A DNA stretch of 64,000 nucleotides from an uncultured Gammaproteobacteria bacterium (GCA_964444415.1 CAYUHE010000004.1:7321-71320), one strand, 5' to 3'; shown: positions 47,440 to 58,696, counted from the stretch's first letter. Program-made: numbers and translations. Notes: generated by a model from the letters alone, not told the origin.

Positions 47440-48891
47440 ATGGCAACTATGGAAGAATTAAGAGCTAAGTATGAAGTGGTTATTGGGCTTGAAGTTCACG
47501 CTCAATTAAAGACAAAATCAAAGATTTTTTGCCAAGATGGCACAGAATTCGGATTGGACCCAAATACTCAAATTTCGCCCATTTCCCTTGGTATGCCCGG
47601 TGTTTTGCCTATTTTGAATAAAGAAGTTGTCAACATGGGAATTCTATGCGGTCTTGCATTAAATTGTGAAATTCCGGAAATTTGCAAATTTGACAGAAAA
47701 CAATATTTTTATCCTGATCTTCCAAAAGGTTATCAGATTTCTCAGTATGATAAGCCAATTGCCATTAACGGACGCCTAAAAATTAACGGTAAAACAATCG
47801 GTATTACTCGTGCTCACCTTGAAGAAGATGCAGGAAAATTGGTTCATGCAGGAGCAGATGGAATTGCAGGCTCAACTTATAGTTTGGTAGATTTGAACAG
47901 AGCTGGAACACCACTTTTGGAGATAGTTTCAGAGCCTGATATCCGTTCATCCAATGAGGCCAAGGCTTATATGGAAGAGCTTAGAAATATTGTAAAATAT
48001 ATCGGCGTTTGTGACGGAAATCTTGAAGAAGGTTCTATGCGTTGCGATGCAAACATTTCAGTCCGTCCTTGGGGGCAAGAAAAATTCGGCACAAGAGCCG
48101 AAGTAAAAAACGTAAACAGTTTTAGAGCTTTGCAAAGAGCGATTGAGTTTGAAATTGACAGACAAATCGACATTGTCGAAGCAGGTGGCGAAGTTATTCA
48201 GGAGACTCGTCTTTGGAATGATGCTGAAGGTGTTACCAAATCAATGCGTTCCAAGTCTGATGCGCATGATTATCGTTATTTTCCTGAACCTGATTTGATG
48301 CCTTTGCAAATTGATAAAGAGTGGATTGAGAGACTTAAAGCTACAATGCCGGAGCTTCCTGAGGCGAAACGTCAAAGATATATTGGGCTTGGGATTTCAG
48401 AATATGATGCGGGCGTAATCGTTGAGCAGATGGAAACAGCGTTATTTTTTGATAGAGTTCTTGAAGTCGCTTCGAATGTCAAAATTGCCATAAACTACCT
48501 TATGGGTGATATTACAGCGTATTTGAAAGAAAAAAAATTGAATGTCACAGATACCAAACTTACTCCCGAAGGATTGGCTGAGTTGGTTGATTTGATTGAT
48601 AAAGGGACTATTTCAAATAATATCGGCAAACAAATTATTATGACAATTTTGGAAACAGGTGAAAGTGCAAAATCAATTGTCGAAAAGCAAGGTTTGAGCG
48701 TGATTTCAGATGATGGGGCGATTAGAGAAATTGCACAAAAAATCATTGATGCTAATCCTAATCAAACATCAGAGTATCGCAGCGGAAAAGATAAACTTTT
48801 CGGATTCTTCGTCGGGCAAGTGATGAAAGAAACCAAAGGCCGCGCTAATCCGCAGATGATTAATGATATTTTGAAAGAGCTTTTAGGCTAG
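47440..48891 (+). CDS. gatB: Asp/Glu-tRNA amidotransferase subunit B
   Basis: YEVVIGLEVHAQL.., ..RAHLEEDAGK.., and a C-terminal GatB_Yqey domain ..FGFFVGQVMKETKGRANP... Confidence 0.95.
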   Translation: MATMEELRAKYEVVIGLEVHAQLKTKSKIFCQDGTEFGLDPNTQISPISLGMPGVLPILNKEVVNMGILCGLALNCEIPEICKFDRKQYFYPDLPKGYQISQYDKPIAINGRLKINGKTIGITRAHLEEDAGKLVHAGADGIAGSTYSLVDLNRAGTPLLEIVSEPDIRSSNEAKAYMEELRNIVKYIGVCDGNLEEGSMRCDANISVRPWGQEKFGTRAEVKNVNSFRALQRAIEFEIDRQIDIVEAGGEVIQETRLWNDAEGVTKSMRSKSDAHDYRYFPEPDLMPLQIDKEWIERLKATMPELPEAKRQRYIGLGISEYDAGVIVEQMETALFFDRVLEVASNVKIAINYLMGDITAYLKEKKLNVTDTKLTPEGLAELVDLIDKGTISNNIGKQIIMTILETGESAKSIVEKQGLSVISDDGAIREIAQKIIDANPNQTSEYRSGKDKLFGFFVGQVMKETKGRANPQMINDILKELLG

Positions 48892-49451
48892 AAAATAGCT
48901 CTTTGTTCAGGTTCTGCCGACAAAGAAGCTATATGATTTTGCAATTCAGCAAGTTCATTTTTGTATGTGTATTCATAAAATTTATTTGCACAAACATGAA
49001 TTTGGCTATCAGGTTTGCGTCTGAAGGTTAAAACTTCGTCCAATTCTTGGAGATTTGTCACTATGAAAACCTTATCTTTTCTTAGCGACCTTGAAAAATC
49101 AATAAGTTCAAAAGCCACTCTAAGAGAGTCAATCCAAGGTTCATAAATAATAACATAACCTTTGCAGTTTGCCACAAAACAGTCAAAAAGATAGCCAATT
49201 TCTATTCCTGCAATGACATAAAAATTGTCAGGTTCATTGTGAGGCAGCTCCATAAAAATATTTCCGACCTCTGAATTCGGGTCAATAGTGCTATTTGCCG
49301 GAAGCCCGTCAATACACATTATGGCATTCGCTGATTCGGCGCTATCAAGTGCATAATGGTGGTTCAAGAGTTCTAAATTAGCTATTTTGTCTGCCAATTC
49401 TTGATTGTACCTTGGTAAAAATATTAAATTGCGTTCTAAAAAATTATCCAT
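48888..49451 (-). CDS. Hypothetical protein
   Basis: 187-aa ORF. The N-terminus FLERNLIFLPRYNQELADKI vaguely resembles the N-termini of Maf/DUF115 proteins; this is weak. Confidence 0.5.
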   Translation of the reverse strand: MDNFLERNLIFLPRYNQELADKIANLELLNHHYALDSAESANAIMCIDGLPANSTIDPNSEVGNIFMELPHNEPDNFYVIAGIEIGYLFDCFVANCKGYVIIYEPWIDSLRVAFELIDFSRSLRKDKVFIVTNLQELDEVLTFRRKPDSQIHVCANKFYEYTYKNELAELQNHIASLSAEPEQRAIF

Positions 49452-49464
49452 TTTTCTCCGTTTT

Positions 49465-50025
49465 TTATTTTATTAAAGCTTGAATGGCTTTAAAATCCTG
49501 GTGCGAAGCGCCTTTCAGAATTTCAAAAAGTGCAATTTCAAGGCAGGTGATTGTTGCGCCATTTTTTTCCATACGATTGAGTCCTTGAGCGAATTCAAAT
49601 TCTTTGCGTGAAGCAACGCCGTCTTTTAGTATATGCACTTCAAAGCCTTCTTTTATAAGGTCATTAGCTGTTTGGTGAACACAAACATGTGCTTCAATTC
49701 CGCAGATTATTACTTGTTTTTTCCCGACTTTTTTAAGGGCTTCCCCAATGTCTTTAAAAGCACTAAAAGTAGTTTTTTCAAAGTAAGTTGCCGCTGCATT
49801 TTCTTTTATTTCTGCAACTGTTTCGCCAAGTCCTTTGGGGTATTGCTCCGTTATTAGTACAGGGATATCAAGAATTTTAGCCGCTTGAACAAGTTTTGAT
49901 GCCACATGGGAAACGTTTTTGTCATACACGGCGTTGAGTAATTTCTCTTGAATATCTATTATGACTACTATTGCATCGTTTTGGTTTAATAAACTCATTT
50001 GTATTACCTTATCTGGAAGGGGCAT
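49465..50025 (-). CDS. Isochorismatase-family hydrolase
   Basis: AIVVIIDIQEKL (catalytic Asp), ..KTTFSAF.., and ICGIEAHVCVHQT (catalytic Cys). Confidence 0.85.
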   Translation of the reverse strand: MPLPDKVIQMSLLNQNDAIVVIIDIQEKLLNAVYDKNVSHVASKLVQAAKILDIPVLITEQYPKGLGETVAEIKENAAATYFEKTTFSAFKDIGEALKKVGKKQVIICGIEAHVCVHQTANDLIKEGFEVHILKDGVASRKEFEFAQGLNRMEKNGATITCLEIALFEILKGASHQDFKAIQALIK

Positions 50026-50408
50026 TTTGAACAGCGTGCTTTTGGGTGCTTAATCAAATTATCCTCTAAATCATACATTTTTTCTATATGGCAAATCAAT
50101 TTTTTACCACACTCAGGGCAATCTAAATCTTTTTCGCCTTGTAAAATTTCTATTTTTAAAATTTCAATAATTTCTGCAATTGGCAAATTTTCGTCGTATT
50201 CTTTCTCGAAAGGCTTGATATCACGTGTATTTAGCTTCAAACCTTTGGCGAGTTTTTGCCTTATTGTAGTAGCCAAAAATAATTCTTGCCCCGATTCAAT
50301 AGATTCGATAATTTCAAGAGGTAAAGTTGATTTTTGCGCAAGCCCAATCTGGGACAGGCCAATTTTCTCTCTGGTTTGTGACACAAACTGTGCAAGTGAA
50401 GTTTTCAT
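50004..50408 (-). CDS. HTH (XRE-like) protein with C-terminal CxxC..CxxC zinc ribbon
   Basis: FVSQTREKIGLSQIGLAQKSTL.. followed by DCPECGKK..ARCSKCPF. Confidence 0.7.
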   Translation of the reverse strand: MKTSLAQFVSQTREKIGLSQIGLAQKSTLPLEIIESIESGQELFLATTIRQKLAKGLKLNTRDIKPFEKEYDENLPIAEIIEILKIEILQGEKDLDCPECGKKLICHIEKMYDLEDNLIKHPKARCSKCPFQIR

Positions 50409-50479
50409 AATATTTTTTTCAATCTAACTTTTTAATGATAAACTAATTATAAGGTTATTCTACTATGAAGGGAAGTTAA

Positions 50480-51562
50480 TTGAAAGAGGAGTTAACGCTT
50501 AGGGCGACAGCGGTTGGAAGTTTACCGCATAATAATACAAAAGATGCTTTAGATTTGATTTTTGATGAGTTTGAAGATTTTCCGTTTTGGCCGCAATTGG
50601 CTGCTTGTAACAAAAATGACGATATGATTTTGCAATTTTTGGGCAGTATCCCAGGAGTTTCTTTTTGTCCAAAGAAGAAAAAGTGGATTTTTGATGCTCA
50701 TGGAGACAAATTTTATGAAGATTTGGAAAATTTCTTTATAGATTATGAAAGTATTGTTGCAGGTGAGTTTGAGCTTCTTGAAAAATACGCAATTACAGAT
50801 GAATTTTCATCAGCCAAAACACCTTTTTTAGAGAGAATTAAGAAAGAAAAACCGGCTTTTATAAAGGCTCAGGTAACAGGTCCTTTCACTTGGGGAACAA
50901 TGCTTGTGGACAATGATGGCAAATGCGCTTTTTATGATGATACTTTGCGTGAAATTATCGTAAGAGCCTTGACGATGAAGGCTTTGTGGCAAATAAAAAA
51001 ATTCAAAGAATTATCGCCTGACAGTACTCCCGTGATTTTTCTTGATGAGCCTTCAATGTCTCAATACGGCACATCGACTTTCATAACAGTTAAAAGAGAA
51101 GATATCGTAGAGGCTATAAAGCAGATTTCACAAGTTTTGCAAGAAAATGGTGCTCTTGTGGGTGTTCATTGTTGCGGAAAAACTGATTGGTCTATGATTA
51201 TTGATTCAGGGGTAAATATTATAAATTTTGACGGATTTTATTTTGGTGAAAGTCTTGCCCTGTACGCCAAACAGGTCGAAAAATTTCTTAAAAAGGGTGG
51301 TTATATTGCCTGGGGGATTGTTCCTACTCTTGATAAAGACGCCCTCCAAGCAGCAACTTTAGAAAGCCTTTTGGCTGTTTTTGAAGATGCCAAAAAATAT
51401 CTTTTGAAGAAAAAACTTGATGAAAAATTAATTATGCAACATAGTTTTATTACTCCATCTTGCGGTGCAGGGTCATTAGAGTTGCCATTAGCGATTAAGG
51501 CAATGAAATTATGCGCCGAATTGGCTAAAGTTTTAAAAGAAAAATATGCGGAGGCTCTTTAA
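50480..51562 (+). CDS. MetE-like (Meth_synt_2 core) zinc methyltransferase domain protein
   Basis: ATAVGSLPH (T.GS.P motif), IFLDEPSM (DEP), VGVHCCGKTDW (H.C zinc ligands) and ITPSCGAGS (distal Cys). 360 aa, so a single barrel only. Confidence 0.7.
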   Translation: MKEELTLRATAVGSLPHNNTKDALDLIFDEFEDFPFWPQLAACNKNDDMILQFLGSIPGVSFCPKKKKWIFDAHGDKFYEDLENFFIDYESIVAGEFELLEKYAITDEFSSAKTPFLERIKKEKPAFIKAQVTGPFTWGTMLVDNDGKCAFYDDTLREIIVRALTMKALWQIKKFKELSPDSTPVIFLDEPSMSQYGTSTFITVKREDIVEAIKQISQVLQENGALVGVHCCGKTDWSMIIDSGVNIINFDGFYFGESLALYAKQVEKFLKKGGYIAWGIVPTLDKDALQAATLESLLAVFEDAKKYLLKKKLDEKLIMQHSFITPSCGAGSLELPLAIKAMKLCAELAKVLKEKYAEAL

Positions 51563-52323
51563 TGACAATAACCCTTGCAGTTACAGGCAAAAGCGGAAGC
51601 GGTAAAACTACAATAACCAAAGCATTTTTGAGGCTTTTTCAAGAAATGTATCCGAACAAATCTATTTTGCTTTTTGACAATGATTTGTCATCAGAATTGG
51701 CACATAGCTTCGGTAAAGACATCAGAAAGACTATTTACGGGATTAGAAGCGGAAAGCACGAATACAAGACAGGTATTCCGTCCCAAATGACAAAGCAAGA
51801 GTTTGTGGAGTGGGCAATTGAGGATATTATTGAGCCTATCGAAGAAAATGTCGATATGATTGTTTCTTGGCTCATTGGCTCAAAAGACTGCCGCTGCCCT
51901 ATTACAGCGGATATTAGCAATGCTTTGAAAAAACTAATTAAAAGGTATGATTTTGTAATTTTTGACTGCGAGTTTGACCTCAAATATCTTAATCAGCTTG
52001 TAGATTATCCGATTGATACGACTGTAATTGTCGCAAAAGCTACCGAAGAAGGGGTTCATCTGGCACAAAGGATTGAAGAATATTCAAAAAAATATTCTTC
52101 GGGCGGACAAATTGGCGTTATTTTGAACAAAGTCAGAGGCGGAATTACTGAAGAAATCTCCGCCATGTTAAATGAATATCATCTTGAGATTTTGGGCGTA
52201 ATTCCTAGAGACAGAGCTATTACAAACGGCAAATGCGGCGTCAAAAAAGACTCAGAAGTAATCAAAGAAGCATTGAGAGATATTTTATTCAGACTCAATC
52301 TTCCGCAGGCAGGTGAAATATGA
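51562..52323 (+). CDS. CooC/MinD-like P-loop ATPase
   Basis: AVTGKSGSGKTTI deviant Walker A, and ..VIFDCEF.. Walker B-like. TAATG overlap with the upstream gene. Confidence 0.7.
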   Translation: MTITLAVTGKSGSGKTTITKAFLRLFQEMYPNKSILLFDNDLSSELAHSFGKDIRKTIYGIRSGKHEYKTGIPSQMTKQEFVEWAIEDIIEPIEENVDMIVSWLIGSKDCRCPITADISNALKKLIKRYDFVIFDCEFDLKYLNQLVDYPIDTTVIVAKATEEGVHLAQRIEEYSKKYSSGGQIGVILNKVRGGITEEISAMLNEYHLEILGVIPRDRAITNGKCGVKKDSEVIKEALRDILFRLNLPQAGEI

Positions 52324-53162
52324 TTATTGACGGGAAAAAAGTTGCACAGGGTATTTTAGACGATATCAAAAAACAAGTGGCAAAGCTTGAAATCAAGCCT
52401 ACTATCGCTGTTGTGATTGTCGGTGAGAATTCTTCGAGCAAGATTTATGTGAATATAAAAAATAAAAAAGCTACCGAAATCGGTATGAATTCAGTTGTGG
52501 TTGAAATGTCTGAAGATACTAAGCAGCAAGAATTAGAGGCAAAAATTGAGGAATTAAATCAAAATCCTGATATCAATGCCATTTTGGTTCAAATGCCTTT
52601 GCCAAAGCACCTTGATGCTTACAAAATTATCGAAGAAATTCTCCCCGAAAAAGACGTGGACGGGTTTCATCCTGAAAACGTTGGTAGGCTGAGTATCGGA
52701 TTGACTCCGTTTGCCTATTCTTGCACCCCCAAAGGTGTTATAAGACTTTTGGATGAGTATAATATTGATTTAGAGAGTAAACATGTTGTAGTAATAGGGC
52801 GTTCAAACATCGTAGGGAAGCCTCTTTCTGCTATGTTACTTGCCAGAAACGCCACAGTTACAATGGCCCACAGTAAAACCAAAAACCTTCCTCTTCTTTC
52901 AAAAAGTGCCGATATTCTTGTGTCGGCAGTTGGTTCGCCTAAATTGGTAAAAAGAGAATGGCTGAAAGACAATGCAGTTGTGATTGATGTTGGTATTTCA
53001 AGGATGCCTGATGGAAAAATAGTGGGCGATGTTGATTTTGAAAATGTTCAAGATAAAGCATCTTTTATTACCCCTGTCCCAGGTGGGGTTGGGCCTATGA
53101 CAATTGCAATGCTTTTGGAGAATACGCTAAATCTTTATTATTTGCAAAAGGAGAAAAAATGA
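52320..53162 (+). CDS. folD: Bifunctional methylene-THF dehydrogenase / methenyl-THF cyclohydrolase
   Basis: IIDGKKVA.., ILVQMPLPKHL, DVDGFHP.N.G, CTPKG, VVIGRSNIVGKP, PVPGGVGPMTIAML. Confidence 0.93.
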   Translation: MIIDGKKVAQGILDDIKKQVAKLEIKPTIAVVIVGENSSSKIYVNIKNKKATEIGMNSVVVEMSEDTKQQELEAKIEELNQNPDINAILVQMPLPKHLDAYKIIEEILPEKDVDGFHPENVGRLSIGLTPFAYSCTPKGVIRLLDEYNIDLESKHVVVIGRSNIVGKPLSAMLLARNATVTMAHSKTKNLPLLSKSADILVSAVGSPKLVKREWLKDNAVVIDVGISRMPDGKIVGDVDFENVQDKASFITPVPGGVGPMTIAMLLENTLNLYYLQKEKK

Positions 53163-54076
53163 AAATAATCGGTGAAAATATACATATAATCTCAAAAAAA
53201 ACACGTGAAGCCATTGATAATAAAGATGAAAAATACATTATCGAACTTGCACAAAAACAGCTCAAAAATGTCGATTGGATTGACTTGAACATTGGTCCTG
53301 CAAGGTATAAAGAAGGGACAATGAAGTGGCTTTTGGAGATTTTATCACCGATTTGCAATAAACCGTTTTCTTTTGATACGACAAATTTTAATGAGATGAA
53401 ATCAGGTATCGAAAATGTCAAAAATCCTCAAGAATGCATTATTAACAGTACAAATGCAGATGCTGAAAGGCTCGAAAAGCTTACAGATTTGGCAGCGGAA
53501 TACGGTTGTTATTTGATTGGGCTTACTCTTACTGAAGGCGGAATCCCTAAAACCGCAGATGAACGTTATGAATTGGCTTCAAAAATCGTTGAAGTTGCAA
53601 CCGGTAAAGGTATTTCGGAAGAGAAAATTATTATCGATCCGCTTGTTTTACCGATTGGGGTGGAACAATCGCAAGCTCTTGAGGCTTTTGATGCAATTCG
53701 TTTGACCAAAGAAGCCTTTGAGCCACCGGTTTTGAGTGTTGTTGGCTTGTCCAATATTTCAAATGGTTCACCAAAAGAAATCCGCCCTCTCATCAATCGT
53801 GTTTTTGCAACGCTTGCAATGGGAAGCGGTTTAACGTGCGCAATTGCTGATGGATGTGATGAGGATTTGTTTCATATAAACAAAATAATTGCTTCAAATT
53901 CTGCCAAAAAGCCTAGCGATAAGTTGATTTTGGATTTGCATGAAATGATGCAAAATTATGGTGAGTTCGAAGAAATTTCTTATGATAAAAAAGATGCTGA
54001 GTCTATTAGAATTTATAAAACGGCGGAGATTTTGTTGAATAAAAAGATTTACTCACATAGTTATTTGGAAATTTAA
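53159..54076 (+). CDS. Pterin-binding (DHPS/MeTr-like) methyltetrahydrofolate methyltransferase domain protein
   Basis: IIGENIHI.., WIDLNIGP, SFDTTN, INSTN, IIDPLVLP and VVGLSNISNGSPKEIRPLINRVFATLAMGSGLTCAIAD match the MeTr/AcsE/MetH pterin barrel. Confidence 0.8.
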   Translation: MKIIGENIHIISKKTREAIDNKDEKYIIELAQKQLKNVDWIDLNIGPARYKEGTMKWLLEILSPICNKPFSFDTTNFNEMKSGIENVKNPQECIINSTNADAERLEKLTDLAAEYGCYLIGLTLTEGGIPKTADERYELASKIVEVATGKGISEEKIIIDPLVLPIGVEQSQALEAFDAIRLTKEAFEPPVLSVVGLSNISNGSPKEIRPLINRVFATLAMGSGLTCAIADGCDEDLFHINKIIASNSAKKPSDKLILDLHEMMQNYGEFEEISYDKKDAESIRIYKTAEILLNKKIYSHSYLEI

Positions 54077-54078
54077 CT

Positions 54079-54471
54079 ATGAGGTTTCTTGTTGTTGATG
54101 ATGGGTATGACTGGGTAAAGTTTCATTCTCAAAACATTAAAAACGCCATGCCCCATGCCCAAATAGATATCGCTATGAGCGGCTTTGATGCTTTGAATAT
54201 GGCATTTAAGCAAGATGAAAATTATTATGACATAATTCTTTCAGATATGCAGATGGAGGATGTTGAAGACGAATCGTATGCCGGGATTTGGCTTATTAAG
54301 AGGTTATTAGCCTCAGGAAAGTGCAAAAATACAAAAATAATAATCATTTCAGCTGTTTATAATATCAAAGAAGTTGCAAAAAATCTTAATGTTAATTATA
54401 TCTCAAAGTCCCTTCTCATTAGCCACCCTATTGCTTTTGAGCACAAGTTAAAAGAATTGTTAAAATTATAA
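54079..54471 (+). CDS. Stand-alone response-regulator receiver domain protein
   Basis: MRFLVVDDG.., IILSDMQM (phospho-acceptor Asp), IIIISA.. 130 aa, with no output domain. Confidence 0.7.
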   Translation: MRFLVVDDGYDWVKFHSQNIKNAMPHAQIDIAMSGFDALNMAFKQDENYYDIILSDMQMEDVEDESYAGIWLIKRLLASGKCKNTKIIIISAVYNIKEVAKNLNVNYISKSLLISHPIAFEHKLKELLKL

Positions 54472-54608
54472 AACATTTCGCACCAAAACCAAAAATTTTG
54501 TTATAGAATTGATAAACAAGAAAGAAACACATATATTAGAGGCAAAAAGACTAGTAGCCTTTATTCTAGGGAATGTATAGTAGACTATTGAAGGAATGGG
54601 AGGAGTAA

Positions 54609-56060
54609 ATGTCCGAAGTTACTTTGGATAAACCTTTTCACGAACAAAGAGAAGATTTAGAAAATATTTGGAACAAAACATTAAAAAATCTGGGCGATGA
54701 AATGCCTCACTCAAAATTTGAGGCTTGGATTAGGCCTATTGAGCCTGTGTCTATTGAAAAAAAGACACTCACAATCGCTACCAATGATACTTTGAGCAAA
54801 GAATGGATTTCAAAAAACTATAAAGAGCTTATTGGAGAAACGCTAAAAGGTGTTACGGGTCGCAAGCATAACCTCGAAATTATTCTCAAAAAAGATGCAA
54901 ATTTGACAGAGAGAAAACCCTTCAAGGTTGAACGTCAAAAATCAGAAACCGTTTCTATTCCTGTTGTTGAGGCAAAAGAAAATAAAGATGAATTTCAAAT
55001 TAATGCACTTCGCAGTATGTCGTGCAATTTGAATTTGAAATATACTTTTGATACTTTTGTTGTCGGAGAGAATAACAAATTTGCGTTTAATGCAGCCTTG
55101 GCAGTTGCCAAAAATCCTGCTCAAAATCACAATCCGTTATTTATTTATGGCGGTTCAGGACTTGGAAAAACACATTTGATGCAAGCAATAGGGCATTATA
55201 TTTTGGTCAATCACCCAAATCTCAAAGTTCGCTACACAAATACAGAAGCATTTATGAATGAGCTTGTAAACAGTATTCGTGCAGGTGCCAGTTCAACTGC
55301 AAAAATGGCAGAGTTCAGATACAAATATCGCCATGTCGATGTATTTTTGATTGATGATATTCAGTTTTTGGAATCCAAAAAACATACCCAAGACGAGATT
55401 TTTCACACTTTTGAATATCTCTACAATTCAGGCAAGCAAATTATTATAACAAGTGACAGACCTCCAAAAGCTATTCCTACTTTGACAGATAGGCTCAGAA
55501 GTCGTTTTGAATGGGGACTTTTGGCAGATGTTCAGGCTCCTGATTTTGAGACTCGTTCAGAGATTTTGAACCAAAGAGCTCAAAGAGAAGGTATTGAAGT
55601 TTCCAACGATGTTGTGGGCTTTATCGCTAAAGCTTGCCAGAGCAATGTACGTGAGCTTGAGGGCGCATTAAACAGACTTATGGCATATTCGAGCATCAAT
55701 AACATGCCAATCAATCTCGAGTCTGCTCAGAGCGTTTTAGGGGTCGAAACTTTCAGGCCAAGTTTAAACATTGAAAAAATTCTTGAAGCGACAGGCGAAT
55801 TCTTTGGAATTTCGAAAGATGATATCAAAAGTCCTTCAAAAGCCAAAGAGATTTCACACGCAAGACAAGTAGGAGTATACCTTTCAAGGGATTTGATTAA
55901 AGCAAGCTTCCCTTCAATCGGGAATTGTTTTGGCGGCAGAAAGCACACTACTATTATGTATTCTTTTGAAAAAGTCCAAACTCAAATGGAAAAGAACATG
56001 CTTTTAAAAGAGCAGGTTACTGATTTAAGCAGATTGCTTGCTCAAAAGTACTCTAGATAG
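54609..56060 (+). CDS. dnaA: Chromosomal replication initiator DnaA
   Basis: YTFDTFVVGENNKFA, IYGGSGLGKTHLMQAIG, FLIDDIQFL, SDRPP, NVRELEGAL, and the domain IV KDDIKSPSKAKEISHARQVGVYLSRDL. Confidence 0.95.
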   Translation: MSEVTLDKPFHEQREDLENIWNKTLKNLGDEMPHSKFEAWIRPIEPVSIEKKTLTIATNDTLSKEWISKNYKELIGETLKGVTGRKHNLEIILKKDANLTERKPFKVERQKSETVSIPVVEAKENKDEFQINALRSMSCNLNLKYTFDTFVVGENNKFAFNAALAVAKNPAQNHNPLFIYGGSGLGKTHLMQAIGHYILVNHPNLKVRYTNTEAFMNELVNSIRAGASSTAKMAEFRYKYRHVDVFLIDDIQFLESKKHTQDEIFHTFEYLYNSGKQIIITSDRPPKAIPTLTDRLRSRFEWGLLADVQAPDFETRSEILNQRAQREGIEVSNDVVGFIAKACQSNVRELEGALNRLMAYSSINNMPINLESAQSVLGVETFRPSLNIEKILEATGEFFGISKDDIKSPSKAKEISHARQVGVYLSRDLIKASFPSIGNCFGGRKHTTIMYSFEKVQTQMEKNMLLKEQVTDLSRLLAQKYSR

Positions 56061-56679
56061 ATTTTAAAAATTCTAATTCCAAAAATTGTGATAAGTCATT
56101 ACTTTCAATAACAGTTATTATTTGTGAGTAAAGCTCATCGAGTTTTGAGTCGGAGTATTCTGCCAAAAATTCAAATTTTGGCGAGATTTTGATGTCATTT
56201 GTTGATTTTGAGTTCAAAAAATTGTCATTTAATGCTACAAATTCTTTGTATTCTTCAATAATTTTGCCGTAAAAATTCGGCAATGAAATATATTTACTTA
56301 AATAATATTTCATATCTTTTGAATAATTTTGGATATAATTTGTCATCGCCTCGAATTCTTCTTTGTAGGCAAAGCTTTCGATAACTTCTTTTGATAACCC
56401 TATAAAGCCATTACCCGAAATGGGTTTTGGGTTATCTTGGAATTTGTATTTAATGAATCCGCCCCATAAAAGACATCCGACCCAAAAACCAAGCGTGCTC
56501 AAGAAGGCTTTGTGTCCGATTTTGCTTAATATTTTGTAGCGAAGTTTTTTTTGTCCGAAGTTTTTTATGACCACAAGTTCTGCATCGATTGTTTTGATTG
56601 CAGGCAAAAATGGGACTAAATGAGGTGCATATCCCGGATCAAACGGGACTTCTTGTTCAAAATTGTGGGTGATTGGCAT
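56053..56679 (-). CDS. Hypothetical membrane protein
   Basis: 208-aa ORF with one hydrophobic segment (FLSTLGFWVGCLLWGGFI). Convergent 8-bp overlap with dnaA. Confidence 0.55.
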   Translation of the reverse strand: MPITHNFEQEVPFDPGYAPHLVPFLPAIKTIDAELVVIKNFGQKKLRYKILSKIGHKAFLSTLGFWVGCLLWGGFIKYKFQDNPKPISGNGFIGLSKEVIESFAYKEEFEAMTNYIQNYSKDMKYYLSKYISLPNFYGKIIEEYKEFVALNDNFLNSKSTNDIKISPKFEFLAEYSDSKLDELYSQIITVIESNDLSQFLELEFLKSI

Positions 56680-56739
56680 GGTGTTTCCTTTATTGTTGGA
56701 AGATTTTCAATTGTATTTTGCTTCCATAAACTTATTATA

Positions 56740-56897
56740 GCAAAAATCGCTTCGTCATTCCGAACTTGTTTCGGAATCTTATTATCTTTGCTCTCTGCGG
56801 AGCAAATAGGCAATAAAAAACGGGACTTTCGCCCCGCTTTTTGAATATTTGAGATTGCTTCGGCATTTGCCTCGCAATGACGTTTTGGGTTTCGTGT
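56740..56897. repeat. Hairpin-rich repeat block between the groEL-distal repeat C and the upstream gene
   Basis: Hairpins: ATTCCGAA-CTTGT-TTCGGAAT (56757-56777), TTGCTC-TCTGCG-GAGCAA (56788-56805), and AAAAAACGGGACTTTCGCCCCGCTTTTT (56815-56842, terminator-like on both strands), plus TTGCTTCGGCATTTGCCTCGCAATGACG. Confidence 0.6.
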
Positions 56898-56898
56898 C

Positions 56899-57022
56899 TT
56901 GAAATACCAGCAGCTCATCTCCTTTCACTTCGTTACGGTTTTGCTTCCGCAAAATCCTTCACTCCGATGGGAGTTTCGCTAGGACGGCGTTCGGGCTTTG
57001 CCCTCAGCCTTACTGGATTTCA

Positions 57023-57023
<1 letters not shown>
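56899..57023 (+). repeat. Structured TIR repeat, copy C (last base is the first base of CTA, the complement of the groEL TAG stop)
   Basis: TTGAAATACCAGCAGCTCATCTCCTTTCACTTCG..GGTTTTGC-TTCC-GCAAAATCC..ACTCC-GAT-GGGAGT..GGACGGCGTTC GGGC-TTT-GCCC TCAGCCTTACTGGATTTCAC. Confidence 0.85.
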
Positions 57024-58696
<1,673 letters not shown>

